Assembly: GCA_963771175.1 (NCBI GenBank)
Contig: CAVYSY010000003.1
Coordinates: forward strand, 96,001 to 160,000
Source of the DNA: an uncultured delta proteobacterium
Lineage (GTDB): Bacteria > Myxococcota > Myxococcia > Myxococcales > Myxococcaceae
Length of the DNA: 64,000 nucleotides
Direction of reading: 5' to 3'
The stretch's first letter is position 1. The number at the start of each line of letters is the position of its first letter. The position numbers and the translations under genes are program-made. Shown here piece after piece: positions 41,394 to 55,616 of the stretch. Below the pieces are notes generated by a model. It did not search any database. It was not told the DNA's origin and saw only the letters and a program-made list of their open reading frames with translations.

Positions 41394-41681
41394 TTCCGCT
41401 CGTCACCGGTGACGAGTGAAACGCTCCGGGCCCCATTCCGCTTGTCACCGGTGACCAGTGAAACCCACCGGAGCCCCATTCCGCTTGTCACCGGTGACCA
41501 GTGAAACCCACCGGAGCCCCATTCCGCTTGTCACCGGTGACCAGTGAAACCCACCGGAGCCCCATTCCGCTTGTCACCGGTGACCAGTGAAACCCACCGG
41601 CCCCATTCCGCTTGTCACCGGTGACAAGTGAAACGCTCCGGCTCCATTCCGCTCGTCACCGGTGACGAGTGAAACGCTCCG
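41394..41681. repeat. Tandem array of 7 palindromic units (six of 41-43 bp plus a partial seventh; REP-like)
   Basis: Core TTCCGCTYGTCACCGGTGACVAGTGAAAC starting at 41394, 41436, 41479, 41522, 41565, 41606, 41647. Confidence 0.95.
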
Positions 41682-41755
41682 AAGCAGCACCACCGCTGCA
41701 CTTTTGCGCCCCGCGTAGCAGGAGTGCCCCAAAACGGGGCACTCTGGCTGGGGGC

Positions 41756-43450
41756 TCAGCCCGCGACCCGCGCTCCCGTACTCGCCTGGGGACTCGTCGG
41801 CGGGCCCAGGCGCCGGGCGAGCTCCGCTTCGAGTCGCTTCGGCTCGATGGGCCTCTCGCGGTGCCCCACGTACCCGTCGGGCCGTACCAGGTAGAAGCAC
41901 TCCGCCCCGGCACCGAAGCGGCGATGCACCGCACCGCTCTCGTCGGCCAGCACGAAGGGGCCCGGCGTCGCCTCACCCGCCACCACCACGCGCGCCTTCA
42001 GCAGCGGCCCATACGCCTCCTCGAGCCGACGAGCGAGCGCCACCAGCTCGCTCCGCGCCTTCGCCTCGGGCGTCAGGCCGATGAACAGCAGCAGCGTATG
42101 CTGGGGCCCGCGCAGGACCTCGTGCAGGCGCGTCACTCCCTCGCCCTTCACTGGCAGCTCCGGCACGTACTCCCCGGGCGCGGGCCCCTCCTCCAACCGC
42201 ACCCCGCCGGCCTCCTCGCCCCAGATGCGCTCGGTGGAGAGCGGGCTGTTCCGGTAATGGATGGCGAGCTGGGAGACGAAACGCGTCATCCGTCGCTGCG
42301 CGAAACGGCTCCCGAGCACGCGCCGGGCGATGCGGGGCACCACGTACGCGCGCAGCAGCCGCGCGGCCGTGCCTCCTCGGGCCAACATGCCGAACAGCCG
42401 GTCCGTGCCCTCCAGCAGCTTCTGCCCTACCGGGTGCCGCTCCTGCTCGTACGTGTCGAGCAACGACTCCGGCGCGTGCCCCCGGCTCACCAGCGCCAGC
42501 TTCCACGCGAGGTTGTAGGCGTCCTGGATGCCCGTGTTCATCCCCTGCCCGCCCGCGGGGCTGTGGATGTGCGCGGAGTCCCCCGCGAGGAACACGTGCC
42601 CCTGGCGGTAGTGAGGCACTCCCCGGCGGTGGAGCCGATAGCGGGTCATCCAGCGCGGCTCGCTCAGGCGGGTGGGCACCGGCACCATGCGGTCCACCAA
42701 TGCCTGCATCTCCTCCAGCGTGAAGGGCGCCGTCTCGTCACCTTCCGGGAGCATGTCGCGAGGCATGACGGCGAACAGCCGGAAGCGGCGCTCCCCCGGC
42801 ATGGGGAAGGCCGCCATCACGCCCCGGGTGGACGGGATGAGGCACAGCTCGCCCTGCCCCAGCGACCACTCCACGTGCACGTCCGCCAGCACGCATGCAT
42901 CGTCGTAGGTCTCGCCCTCGAAGGGGATGCCGGCGCCCTTGCGCACCCGGCTGCGCGCACCATCACACCCCAGCAACCAGCGCGCCCTCACCCGCTCCAC
43001 CTGCCCGTCCGCGCGCTTCAGCGTGGCCTCCACGCCGCCCGCCTCCTGCCGGAAGTCCTCCAACGCCAGGCCCCGCTCCACCTTCACGCCGAACGTGCCC
43101 AGGTGCTCGGTGAGCAGCGCCTCGGTGGCGTCCTGCGGGAGCATGAGCATGAAGGGGAAGCGAGTCTCCAGCCAGGAGAAGGCCTGCATGGGCACTCGCG
43201 CGCGCGTGCCTCCAGGGCCCACCACGTTGAGGGCCTCGACCTTGCGTCCCAGCTCGACGGCCCGGTCGGCGATGCCGAGGTCATCGAAAACCTCGAGCGT
43301 GCGCGCCTGCACCACCAGCGCACGCGACAGCACCGAGGGTGCCTCGAGCTGCTCCACGATGCGGCACCGCAATCCATGCCGAGCCAGCTCCGCGGCCATC
43401 GTCAGGCCCGTCGGGCCGGCGCCCACCACGAGTGCGTCCACCATGGACAC
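41756..43450 (-). CDS. FAD-dependent monooxygenase (PheA/TfdB-like)
   Basis: GAGPTG, GCDGARS, LAGDSAHIHSPAGGQGMNTG, VRPDGYV. Confidence 0.92.
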   Translation of the reverse strand: MSMVDALVVGAGPTGLTMAAELARHGLRCRIVEQLEAPSVLSRALVVQARTLEVFDDLGIADRAVELGRKVEALNVVGPGGTRARVPMQAFSWLETRFPFMLMLPQDATEALLTEHLGTFGVKVERGLALEDFRQEAGGVEATLKRADGQVERVRARWLLGCDGARSRVRKGAGIPFEGETYDDACVLADVHVEWSLGQGELCLIPSTRGVMAAFPMPGERRFRLFAVMPRDMLPEGDETAPFTLEEMQALVDRMVPVPTRLSEPRWMTRYRLHRRGVPHYRQGHVFLAGDSAHIHSPAGGQGMNTGIQDAYNLAWKLALVSRGHAPESLLDTYEQERHPVGQKLLEGTDRLFGMLARGGTAARLLRAYVVPRIARRVLGSRFAQRRMTRFVSQLAIHYRNSPLSTERIWGEEAGGVRLEEGPAPGEYVPELPVKGEGVTRLHEVLRGPQHTLLLFIGLTPEAKARSELVALARRLEEAYGPLLKARVVVAGEATPGPFVLADESGAVHRRFGAGAECFYLVRPDGYVGHRERPIEPKRLEAELARRLGPPTSPQASTGARVAG

Positions 43451-43487
43451 GCACGTTGGCACAAGCGGCGGGAAGCACCCAGCCTGC

Positions 43488-44579
43488 TCAGCCGATGTCG
43501 ACGCCGTGGCCGGCCTGCACGTGCCCGATGTCGATCCGCCCGTCCTGCATCCGCAGGCCCCCGCGGAAGGTGTGTTCCCGAATGAACAGGTGCGTATCCA
43601 GGTCCGCGTAGTCGAAGCCGCCCAGCCCGGCGGCGAAGTGCGCGGCGCTGCTCATGGCGAGGACGCTCTCCACCATGCCCCCCATCATCAACTCCATCCC
43701 CGAGGCGCGCGCCAGGTTCCACATGGCCAGGGACTCCACCACGCCACTCTTCATCAGCTTGAGGTTGACGCCGTGCGCGCCACCCTCGCGAGCCAGGCGC
43801 AGCACGTCCTGGGCGGTGCGAGCCGACTCGTCCGCGCAGATGGGCACCCGGGACGAGCGCGTCAGCTCGGCCATGCCCTCCCAGTCCTCGCGAGGCACGG
43901 GCTGCTCGAAGAGCGCCAGGGGGATGCCGGCGGCCTCCAGCCCCGAGAGGAAGGTGCGCGCCTGCGCCACGGTGTAGCCGCCGTTGGCATCCGCGAACAG
44001 CCGCGCGCCCGGAGCTTCCCGCCGGATGACCACCATGCGCCGCACGTCCTCCTCCGCCGACAGCGCGCCCACCTTCACCTTGAGGGTGCGGATGCCGCGA
44101 GCGACGATGGCTCGGGCCGACGAGGCCGCGTGCGCCTCGTCACCGGCCGTCACCGTCATGTCGATGTCCAGCCCGGTGCCCGTTCCGCCGAAGAAGGTGA
44201 ACAGCGGCATCCGGTAGTGGCGGCCCAGGGCGTCCAGCAGCGCCAGCTCGAGACCACAGCGCGCGGAGGGAGCGCCCGGGAGGGCCTCGCCGAGCCACGT
44301 ACCGATGGGGCGCCAGGCGCGTGCGTCCCGACCGAGCAGCGCCTCGCGTACGGAGGCGATGGCCTCGAGCGTGCTGGCCTGCGTCTCGCCAGACACGGCC
44401 GTGAGGGGAGCCGACTCGCCCAGGCCCACCGTCCCGTCCGCCAGCGTCAAGCGCAGCAGGACGTTGTTCGCCATGTCCGGCGCACCCGTGGCAATGGCGA
44501 AGGGCTCGGTGAGGGCCAGGTCCAGCGGCTCGACGTGCAGGTCGGTGATGGTGGTGGGGAGCATGGAGGGGTCGGTCAT
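43488..44579 (-). CDS. Dipeptide epimerase (L-Ala-D/L-Glu epimerase-like, enolase superfamily)
   Basis: PFAIATG, KVKVG, DANG, EQP, ADES, NLKLMKSG, DLD. Confidence 0.9.
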   Translation of the reverse strand: MTDPSMLPTTITDLHVEPLDLALTEPFAIATGAPDMANNVLLRLTLADGTVGLGESAPLTAVSGETQASTLEAIASVREALLGRDARAWRPIGTWLGEALPGAPSARCGLELALLDALGRHYRMPLFTFFGGTGTGLDIDMTVTAGDEAHAASSARAIVARGIRTLKVKVGALSAEEDVRRMVVIRREAPGARLFADANGGYTVAQARTFLSGLEAAGIPLALFEQPVPREDWEGMAELTRSSRVPICADESARTAQDVLRLAREGGAHGVNLKLMKSGVVESLAMWNLARASGMELMMGGMVESVLAMSSAAHFAAGLGGFDYADLDTHLFIREHTFRGGLRMQDGRIDIGHVQAGHGVDIG

Positions 44580-44594
44580 ATCTTGAGGAACCCT

Positions 44595-45350
44595 TCAGCG
44601 CAGCAGTCGCTCGAAGGTGACCACCTTCAGAGCCACGAAGGTGGCCACCGCCGAGCCCACGGCGAACAGTCCCGAGAGCAACAACGAGGTCAGGATGGAG
44701 CCCGGCACCGCCAGCACGACGAAGAAGCAGAGGAGGATGGTGGGGCCGATGAGCAGCCCGTTGATGTTGTTGGAGGTGCGGAAGTCGCGCGCCAGCAGGC
44801 TGACGAGCAGCGCGGTGGTGGTGGAAAAGGTCAGCGACGTCAGCAGCACCGCGAGGAGCGCCATCACGAAGCCGGGCGAGCCCACACCCAGCGCGAGGAT
44901 GAGCACCGCGTCGAAGGAGAAGAGGACCAGCGTGACGAGCGAGGCCAGCGCGAGCAGGGCCAGCAGCTTGGCGAGGAGAATCTGTCCCACGCGCACCGGG
45001 AGCGCCACCAGCAGCTCGAGCGTGCGCGACTCGCGCTCGGTGATGAGGGTGTAGCTGGCCGTCACCGAGGGCACGATGAGCCCGCCGAGCGCGATGAACG
45101 GCACCATCATGGCCCGCATCATCGCCACGGGGTCCTCCGTCAGTTCCCGGAGCCCTCGGGGCAGCACCACACCGGGCGGGAGGTTCATCCCCGGCTGCAC
45201 CCCACCGGCCTTCATCCCGAGCATCTGCAACCCCGGGATGACGACCAGCAGCAACAGCGGCAGCAACAGCGCCGTCACCATCGCGCCCCGGCTGCGCAGC
45301 AACTGGCGCCACTCCTTGCCGAAGAGGATCCGCACCTCACGCGCGAGCAT
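44595..45350 (-). CDS. ABC-2 type exporter permease
   Basis: KEWRQLLR, ERESRTLELLVALP; multiple TM segments. Confidence 0.85.
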   Translation of the reverse strand: MLAREVRILFGKEWRQLLRSRGAMVTALLLPLLLLVVIPGLQMLGMKAGGVQPGMNLPPGVVLPRGLRELTEDPVAMMRAMMVPFIALGGLIVPSVTASYTLITERESRTLELLVALPVRVGQILLAKLLALLALASLVTLVLFSFDAVLILALGVGSPGFVMALLAVLLTSLTFSTTTALLVSLLARDFRTSNNINGLLIGPTILLCFFVVLAVPGSILTSLLLSGLFAVGSAVATFVALKVVTFERLLR

Positions 45351-46293
45351 CGTTGGCCCCCACGACATCCAGGAAGAGGTCCTCGAGGCTCGGAGTCACC
45401 ACCCGGCACTCGTAGACGTTGAGACCCGCGGCGAGCAGCCGGCGCAGCAACTCAGGAGCCTGGGCCACCGCGTCCGCCACGTGGACCCGCACCGCGTCCT
45501 CCTCGCGCGTGGACGAGCGGCCCTGCGCGGTGAGGGCTTCGGCCAGCCGCTCGGGGCCCTCGGCGGCACGCAGCACGAGCACCGGTTGAATCCGCTGGCG
45601 CAGGGTGGCGATGCGCTCGTGCAGCAGCACCCGACCCTGGCGGAGGATGACCGCGCTCTCACAGAGCGCCTCGGCCTCGGCCAGGTTGTGCGTGCACAGC
45701 AGTACCGTGCGGCCGGGCATCACCTTGCGCAGGAAGGTGTGCACCTCGCGCGTGGCGACGGGATCCAACCCCACCGTGGGCTCGTCCAGCAGCAGCACCT
45801 CCGGCGAGGAGACGAGCGCGGCGGCCATGGACAGCCGGCGCTGCATGCCCCCGGACAGCTCGGCCATGCGCCGCGCGCGGAAGGGCCCCAGACCGAAGGC
45901 CTCCACCACCTCGGGGATGTTCCCGGAGCCGTACAGGTCGCGCACCAGCCGGAGGTAGTCATCCACCGTGAGGTCCCGGTACATGCCCGGCGATTGGGGG
46001 ACGATGCCCACGCGCCGCTTGGCCAGGAGGAAGTCGGGCTCCTCGACGCCGAGCCCGAAGAGGCGCACCTGCCCGGAGGAGGGCCGGAGCGCACCGGTGA
46101 GCAGGCGGATGAGGGTCGTCTTCCCCGCTCCGTTGGGGCCGAGCAGGCACGCCCGCTCCCCTGGCGAAATCCTGAAGCTGACCTGTTCGAGCGCCTGGAC
46201 GCCCCCGGGGTACACCTTGGTGACCTCGGAGACTTCCAGCGGCGCGTGGGCATTTTCCGCCAAGCGGGCGTCCTCCGGCTGAGTGGCGGACAT
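45337..46293 (-). CDS. ABC exporter ATP-binding protein
   Basis: GPNGAGKTT, LSGGMQRR, LDEPTVGLDP, SLEDLF. Confidence 0.9.
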   Translation of the reverse strand: MSATQPEDARLAENAHAPLEVSEVTKVYPGGVQALEQVSFRISPGERACLLGPNGAGKTTLIRLLTGALRPSSGQVRLFGLGVEEPDFLLAKRRVGIVPQSPGMYRDLTVDDYLRLVRDLYGSGNIPEVVEAFGLGPFRARRMAELSGGMQRRLSMAAALVSSPEVLLLDEPTVGLDPVATREVHTFLRKVMPGRTVLLCTHNLAEAEALCESAVILRQGRVLLHERIATLRQRIQPVLVLRAAEGPERLAEALTAQGRSSTREEDAVRVHVADAVAQAPELLRRLLAAGLNVYECRVVTPSLEDLFLDVVGANDARA

Positions 46294-46391
46294 ACGCGGG
46301 CGGGCGTCAGCCATCAATCCCGAACGAGGGAGCGCCGGCCCGGCCTTGCATCCGACCCCGAGCGTGGGCAAGAGCAGTCTGGGTCCGCACC

Positions 46392-46820
46392 ATGAATCCG
46401 TTCCCCTGGCCACAGCACCTACCGGAGCCCAGGTGGCTCAAGGGCACTCCCGCCGCGCCCACGGAGGAGAAGCCCGCCGAGCAGGCCGAGGAGGAGACCG
46501 AGGCACGCAACCCGGAGACTCCGCTGTGCTGCGCGCACTGCGGCCACGTCATCACCCGCGAGCGCCACCGCACCACGGTCAACGGCCGCCACACACACAC
46601 CCGCGTCAACCCGTCCGGCTTCGTCTTCCACTTCGGCTGCTTCGCCCGGGCCGAGGGCTGTCTCGTCCACGGCCCGCCCACGGCGGAGGCGAGCTGGTTC
46701 CCGGGCTTCGTCTGGGAATACGCCCGGTGCGCCGTCTGCAAGACGCACCTGGGCTGGGCCTTCCACGGCGAGAGCGACTTCCTCGGGCTGGTGCTGGACC
46801 GCCTCACCGCCCCGAACTGA
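46392..46820 (+). CDS. Cereblon-family (CULT/thalidomide-binding domain) protein
   Basis: CxxC...NPSG..F...SWFPGF.W....CxxC..HLGW.F: Zn ligands plus tri-tryptophan pocket. Confidence 0.9.
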   Translation: MNPFPWPQHLPEPRWLKGTPAAPTEEKPAEQAEEETEARNPETPLCCAHCGHVITRERHRTTVNGRHTHTRVNPSGFVFHFGCFARAEGCLVHGPPTAEASWFPGFVWEYARCAVCKTHLGWAFHGESDFLGLVLDRLTAPN

Positions 46821-47976
46821 GTGCCGCCAACGCGGCCGCCATCACCCGCTTGAGCGGCACTCCGGCGGCCTCGGCCACCTTGCGGCAGTCCTCGAACTCG
46901 GGGTGGGCGTTGAGCACCACGCCGTTGCGCAGGCCGCGCTTGACCCGCACCTTGCCCCACGGCGTCTCCACCTCCACCCAGTCCCGCTCCAGCGCCGTGC
47001 GCTCCACACGGTAGGAGCGAACCCCGAGCGTGGTGGACTCGCGCAACAGCGTGTCCACCAACATCTCCTTCGCGCCTCCGTCCACCAGCGCGCCCAGCAG
47101 GTGCCCCGGCCGGGCCTTCTTCATCGTCACGGGAGTCACCCAGGCGTCCAGCGCCCCCGAGCCCAGCAGGAGCTCGAGGAGGTAGCCGAGGAGCTGCGGT
47201 GTGCTGTCATCCAGGTTGGCCTCCACCACCCAGAGTCCCTCGGCCCGCGCCTCGGCCCGGCCCATGGACGCGCGCAGCACATTGGGCCGGTCCCGGAAGT
47301 CCTTGGTGCCCACGCCGTAGCCGATGCGCTCGATGATGAAGTCCGGCGGCGGCTGGCCGATGCGCGACAGCACCTTCAGCAGCGCCGCGCCCGTGGGCGT
47401 CGTCAGCTCACCCACGCCCTCGAAGCGCACCGGCACGTCCCGGAGCAGCTCCATCGTGGCCGGCACGGGGATGGGCATGTTCCCGTGTGCCACCCGGATG
47501 GTGCCGCTGCCCAGCGGCGGGGGCGCCGCGTACACCTCGGGGTCGCCCAGCAGGTCCAACACCACCGCCGCCCCGCAGATGTCCACGATGGAGTCCACCG
47601 CCCCCACCTCGTGGAAGTGGATGGCGTCGATGGACACCCCGTGCACCTTCGCCTCGGCCTCGCCGATGGCCCGGAACACGGCCAGGGCCCGCTCCTTCGC
47701 GCGGGGCGAGAGCGTGGGCGCCGCCTCGATGAGCTGGCGGATGTCCGAGTATGCCCGGTGCGGGTGCGCCTCGCGCTCGTCCAGCACCACGTCCAGGTGC
47801 GTGCCGCTGATGGCGTGCCGCACCGCGCGGCTCACCGCCAACTTCCAGCCCGGCACCTGCAATCCGCTCAGGGCCTGTGAGATGGCTTCCGGCGACACGC
47901 CGAGGTCCACGCCCGCCGCCAGGAACATGTCCCCGGCGATACCGCCCACGGGCTCCAGGTAGAGAATCTTGCGCAT
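46804..47976 (-). CDS. larC: Nickel pincer cofactor biosynthesis protein LarC
   Basis: GIAGDM, IHFHEVGAVDSIVD, ELTTPTGAA, EANLDD, MKKARPG, PEFEDC. Confidence 0.93.
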   Translation of the reverse strand: MRKILYLEPVGGIAGDMFLAAGVDLGVSPEAISQALSGLQVPGWKLAVSRAVRHAISGTHLDVVLDEREAHPHRAYSDIRQLIEAAPTLSPRAKERALAVFRAIGEAEAKVHGVSIDAIHFHEVGAVDSIVDICGAAVVLDLLGDPEVYAAPPPLGSGTIRVAHGNMPIPVPATMELLRDVPVRFEGVGELTTPTGAALLKVLSRIGQPPPDFIIERIGYGVGTKDFRDRPNVLRASMGRAEARAEGLWVVEANLDDSTPQLLGYLLELLLGSGALDAWVTPVTMKKARPGHLLGALVDGGAKEMLVDTLLRESTTLGVRSYRVERTALERDWVEVETPWGKVRVKRGLRNGVVLNAHPEFEDCRKVAEAAGVPLKRVMAAALAALSSGR

Positions 47977-47992
47977 GATGGGTACTCCCACC

Positions 47993-48745
47993 TCAGCGAC
48001 GGCCCCGCGTGCGCGAGATGAGCGCCGCGTAGAAGCCGCCACCGAAGCCGTTGTCGATGTTCATCGTCGCGACGTTGGAGGCGCACGAATTCACCATCGC
48101 CAGCAGCGCGGACACGCCGCCGAAGTTGGCCCCGTACCCCACGGACGTCGGCACCGCCACCACGGGGATGCCCACCAGCCCGCCCAACGCGCTCGCCAGC
48201 GCGCCCTCCATGCCGGCGACCACCACCGCCGCGTGCGCGTCTTGAATCTCCTCGCGACGCCGCAGCAGCCGGTGGATGCCCGCCACCCCGACGTCGTACA
48301 CGCGCTTCACCGTGGCGCCCATGGCCTCCGCGGTGATGGCCGCCTCCTCCGCCACGGGGATGTCACTGGTGCCCGCGGTCACCACCGCCACCTTGCCCGC
48401 CTTCGGCTTGCCCTGCTTCAAGTGGAAGATGCGCGCCACGGGGTGGTACTGGCCCTTGGGGAAGGCGGCCAGCAGGGCCTCGGCCTTCTCCGGCTGCAGC
48501 CGGGTCACCAGCACCGTCTGCTTGCGCTCCACCAGCGCGCCCACGATGCCCATCACCTGCTCCGCCGTCTTCGGTTCACCCAGCACCACTTCCGGGAAGC
48601 CGAAACGCAGGCTGCGGTGGGTGTCCAGGGTGGCATAGCCGAGCTCGGCGAACGGCAGGTCCTTGAGCCGGCCCACGGCGTCATCCACGGAGACCTTGCC
48701 GCCCTTCACCTGTTCGAGCAATCGGGTGAGCGTCTTCTCGTCCAT
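47993..48745 (-). CDS. larB: Nickel pincer cofactor biosynthesis protein LarB
   Basis: R.GFPEV, AGTSDIPVAEEA, DVGVAGIHRL, AGMEGAL, PTSVGYG, NIDNGFG. Confidence 0.94.
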   Translation of the reverse strand: MDEKTLTRLLEQVKGGKVSVDDAVGRLKDLPFAELGYATLDTHRSLRFGFPEVVLGEPKTAEQVMGIVGALVERKQTVLVTRLQPEKAEALLAAFPKGQYHPVARIFHLKQGKPKAGKVAVVTAGTSDIPVAEEAAITAEAMGATVKRVYDVGVAGIHRLLRRREEIQDAHAAVVVAGMEGALASALGGLVGIPVVAVPTSVGYGANFGGVSALLAMVNSCASNVATMNIDNGFGGGFYAALISRTRGRR

Positions 48746-48918
48746 GCGCGCCCCTGTACCGCACTGTGGGGGGCGGAGGAATGAGGAGAGTGCGAAACCT
48801 GCTCCCCGGGGGCCTGCCCGCCATGTGAGGGGGCAGGCCCTCCCGGGTGGGAGAGGGCACGAGGGCCGGCCGAGCAAGCCCGGCCCCCGTACCCGACTAC
48901 GAGGAACGACGGGACTCG

Positions 48919-53179
<4,261 letters not shown>

Positions 53180-53536
53180 TCGGTACACCTTCTTCCGCGA
53201 ACCAGCCATCCCGGAACGGAACGGCCGACACACCCGTTGGAGCCGGAGGGAGACACCTCGGCGCGACCGCCTCGAGAGGCCGCGGTCCCGCCGGAGCATC
53301 CAGCAACGTATAACAGAGTGGCTCCAGGGCGTTCACCGGGGGCGACCCGAATTCAGGTAGCCCCGCCCCATCTCGCTCCACGGACGCCGTACGCGATTTG
53401 GGACTCCTTCCCATGAGGTCGTGCGCCACAAGGATGCGATCTGACAGGAGAGAGTGGCTGGCCCAGGGATTGCGATGCCCGGGTCGGCCTCACTCCATTG
53501 GCCGCACCTGAATCAGCACAAGCAAAGGACACAGCG

Positions 53537-55475
53537 ATGCACCACAAGACCTGGGCCCTGAGAGCCGCGCTCCTCTGTGCGCTGGCACTGACAGCCTGCT
53601 TTGAACTCCCGCAGGTAGATCCGGGCGTCCCCACCACCACGCGCCCGCTGCTCAACGGCACCGTGCCGGGCAACGCCGCCGTGGCGCCCGTGAGCACGCG
53701 TATCGAGCTCAACTTCTCCACGCCCATGGACACGAGCTCCGTGATGGTGGGCGCCGTGCCCGCCATCACCCTGGGCCCCCCGACCTGGAATACCGACCAG
53801 ACCCAGGTCATCTTCCAGCCGGCGGCCGAGCTCCTCCATGACACCCGTTACACCCTGACGGTGTCGGGCCGAGACCCCGCGGGCAACAACCTGGACGGGC
53901 AGAGCACCGTCACCTTCACGACCGCTCGGGAGCAGCTCGCCTCGACGCTCTCCGCGAGCACTCCCGCCCAGGACGCGACCTACGTGGCGGTGAACACGCA
54001 GGTGGTGCTCACCTTCTCCGAGCCGATGAACCCGTCACAGCTCTCGGTCGTGCTCAGCCCCGCGACCGCCAACCTGAGCAACCCGTCCTGGAGCAGCGAC
54101 AACCGGACGGTGACGTTCACTCCCACGCCCGTGCTGCGGTACGGCACCAACTACACCTTGAGCATCCAGGGCGAGGATGCCGCCGGCAACGTGCTGGCCG
54201 CCACGACGGTGGGCTTCATGACGCAGAGCCTGCCGGACACCACGCCCCCCAGCGTGCAGGGCAGCACGCCCGCCGACAACGCGCCTGGGGTGGACATCAA
54301 CGCCAACCTCTCCCTCAGCTTCTCCGAAGCGATGGACACCGCGTCCACGGAGCCTGCGTTCTCCATCAATCCCAATGTCATCGGCACGCTGTCGTGGAAC
54401 CAGGAGCGGACGCTGCTGACCTTCAATCCCACGGCCTCGCTCGACTACAACAAGGTCTATACGGTGACCCTGGGCACGGGCGCCATGGACGCCGCGGGCA
54501 ACGCGCTGGCCTCGCCGTTCAGCGTCAAGTTCACCACCAGCAACGCCCCGGACCTGACCCGGCCGCAGGTCACCAGCTACAGCCCGAACAACACGCAGAC
54601 GGGCATGAGTCGCTCGCAGAGCATCAGCGTGACGTTCTCCGAGCCGATGGACAAGCAGTCCACCCAGAACGCCTTCACCCTCGTGAGCCCCAGCGGAATC
54701 TCCGGCACGTTCTCCTGGAGCGCCGATGGCAGGACAATGACCTTCACGCCCTCGACCCTCATCGACTACGGGACGTACCTCACCTGGCACATCTCCACCG
54801 TGGCCAGAGATGTCGCCGGCAACCCGCTGCAGGCGACAGTCGAGGCCAACTTCAGGGTCATCCAGCAGATCACCGTGGATCTGCCAACGGTGTCTGACAG
54901 TGAGGGTAGCGTTGCCTATGACATCACCCGCCAGACCTATCCTGCCGAACGCTGTCAACGCTACCTGGACGAGTCACGGTGTGGGTCTGAGTTACAAAGC
55001 CGAGTTCTCCGGCCCGGCGCCCCACCTTCTATCCCCAAGCAGGCAGGGCCTTCATGACGTTCGACCTGAGTCCACTTCCCGCAGGACTTACCGCCATCAC
55101 GGGCGCCAATCTGAACGTCTATGTCAACAGTATCAGCAACGATCCGTTCTCCCGGTTTGGAGAGCTCAAAGATCTCGAGCGGGGATTACGGCTACACCCT
55201 CGACACAAGCGATTACGCGAACGCCACCGTCTACAGTTCCATCGACCTGGCGCCCAACCAGCACCGGTCAGAAATCCGTCGCCGTCCATTCCGCGGTTGA
55301 TGCGGACTGGCGCAACCAGGGCTCTCGTGGCAAGCGCACCCAGTTCAGACTGCACTTCAACGTCCCCGACAACATCACCAGCTCCAGTCTCAATCCAGGC
55401 TTTACAGGAGTCGCCCTGGACTCCGGACGCGGAACCAACAAGCCCACCCTGAGGGTCGTCTACGAGGTTCCGTAG
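53537..55475 (+). CDS. Lipoprotein with four bacterial Ig-like (Big_5/SbsA-like) domains and a divergent C-terminus (frameshifts at 54940-55270)
   Basis: Lipobox LTAC; four FS[ET]xM...D.AGN.L....F.T repeats. Confidence 0.8.
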
Positions 55476-55616
55476 TCAGGTAAATGCCGGGTGTCCTGCC
55501 TGAGGGCCGCCTCTGCCTCCAGGGGCATTTTCGGCCCCCCAAGAGGCGACACACCCGCCACGCCTTTACCGGCTGCGGCTGGAATGGGCTCCGAGGCACT
55601 GTTAAGCCTTGGGCCC

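Noticed and set aside
41394..41681. CRISPR array
   Set aside because: Linkers are only about 12-14 nt and nearly identical rather than unique spacers; no cas genes in the window
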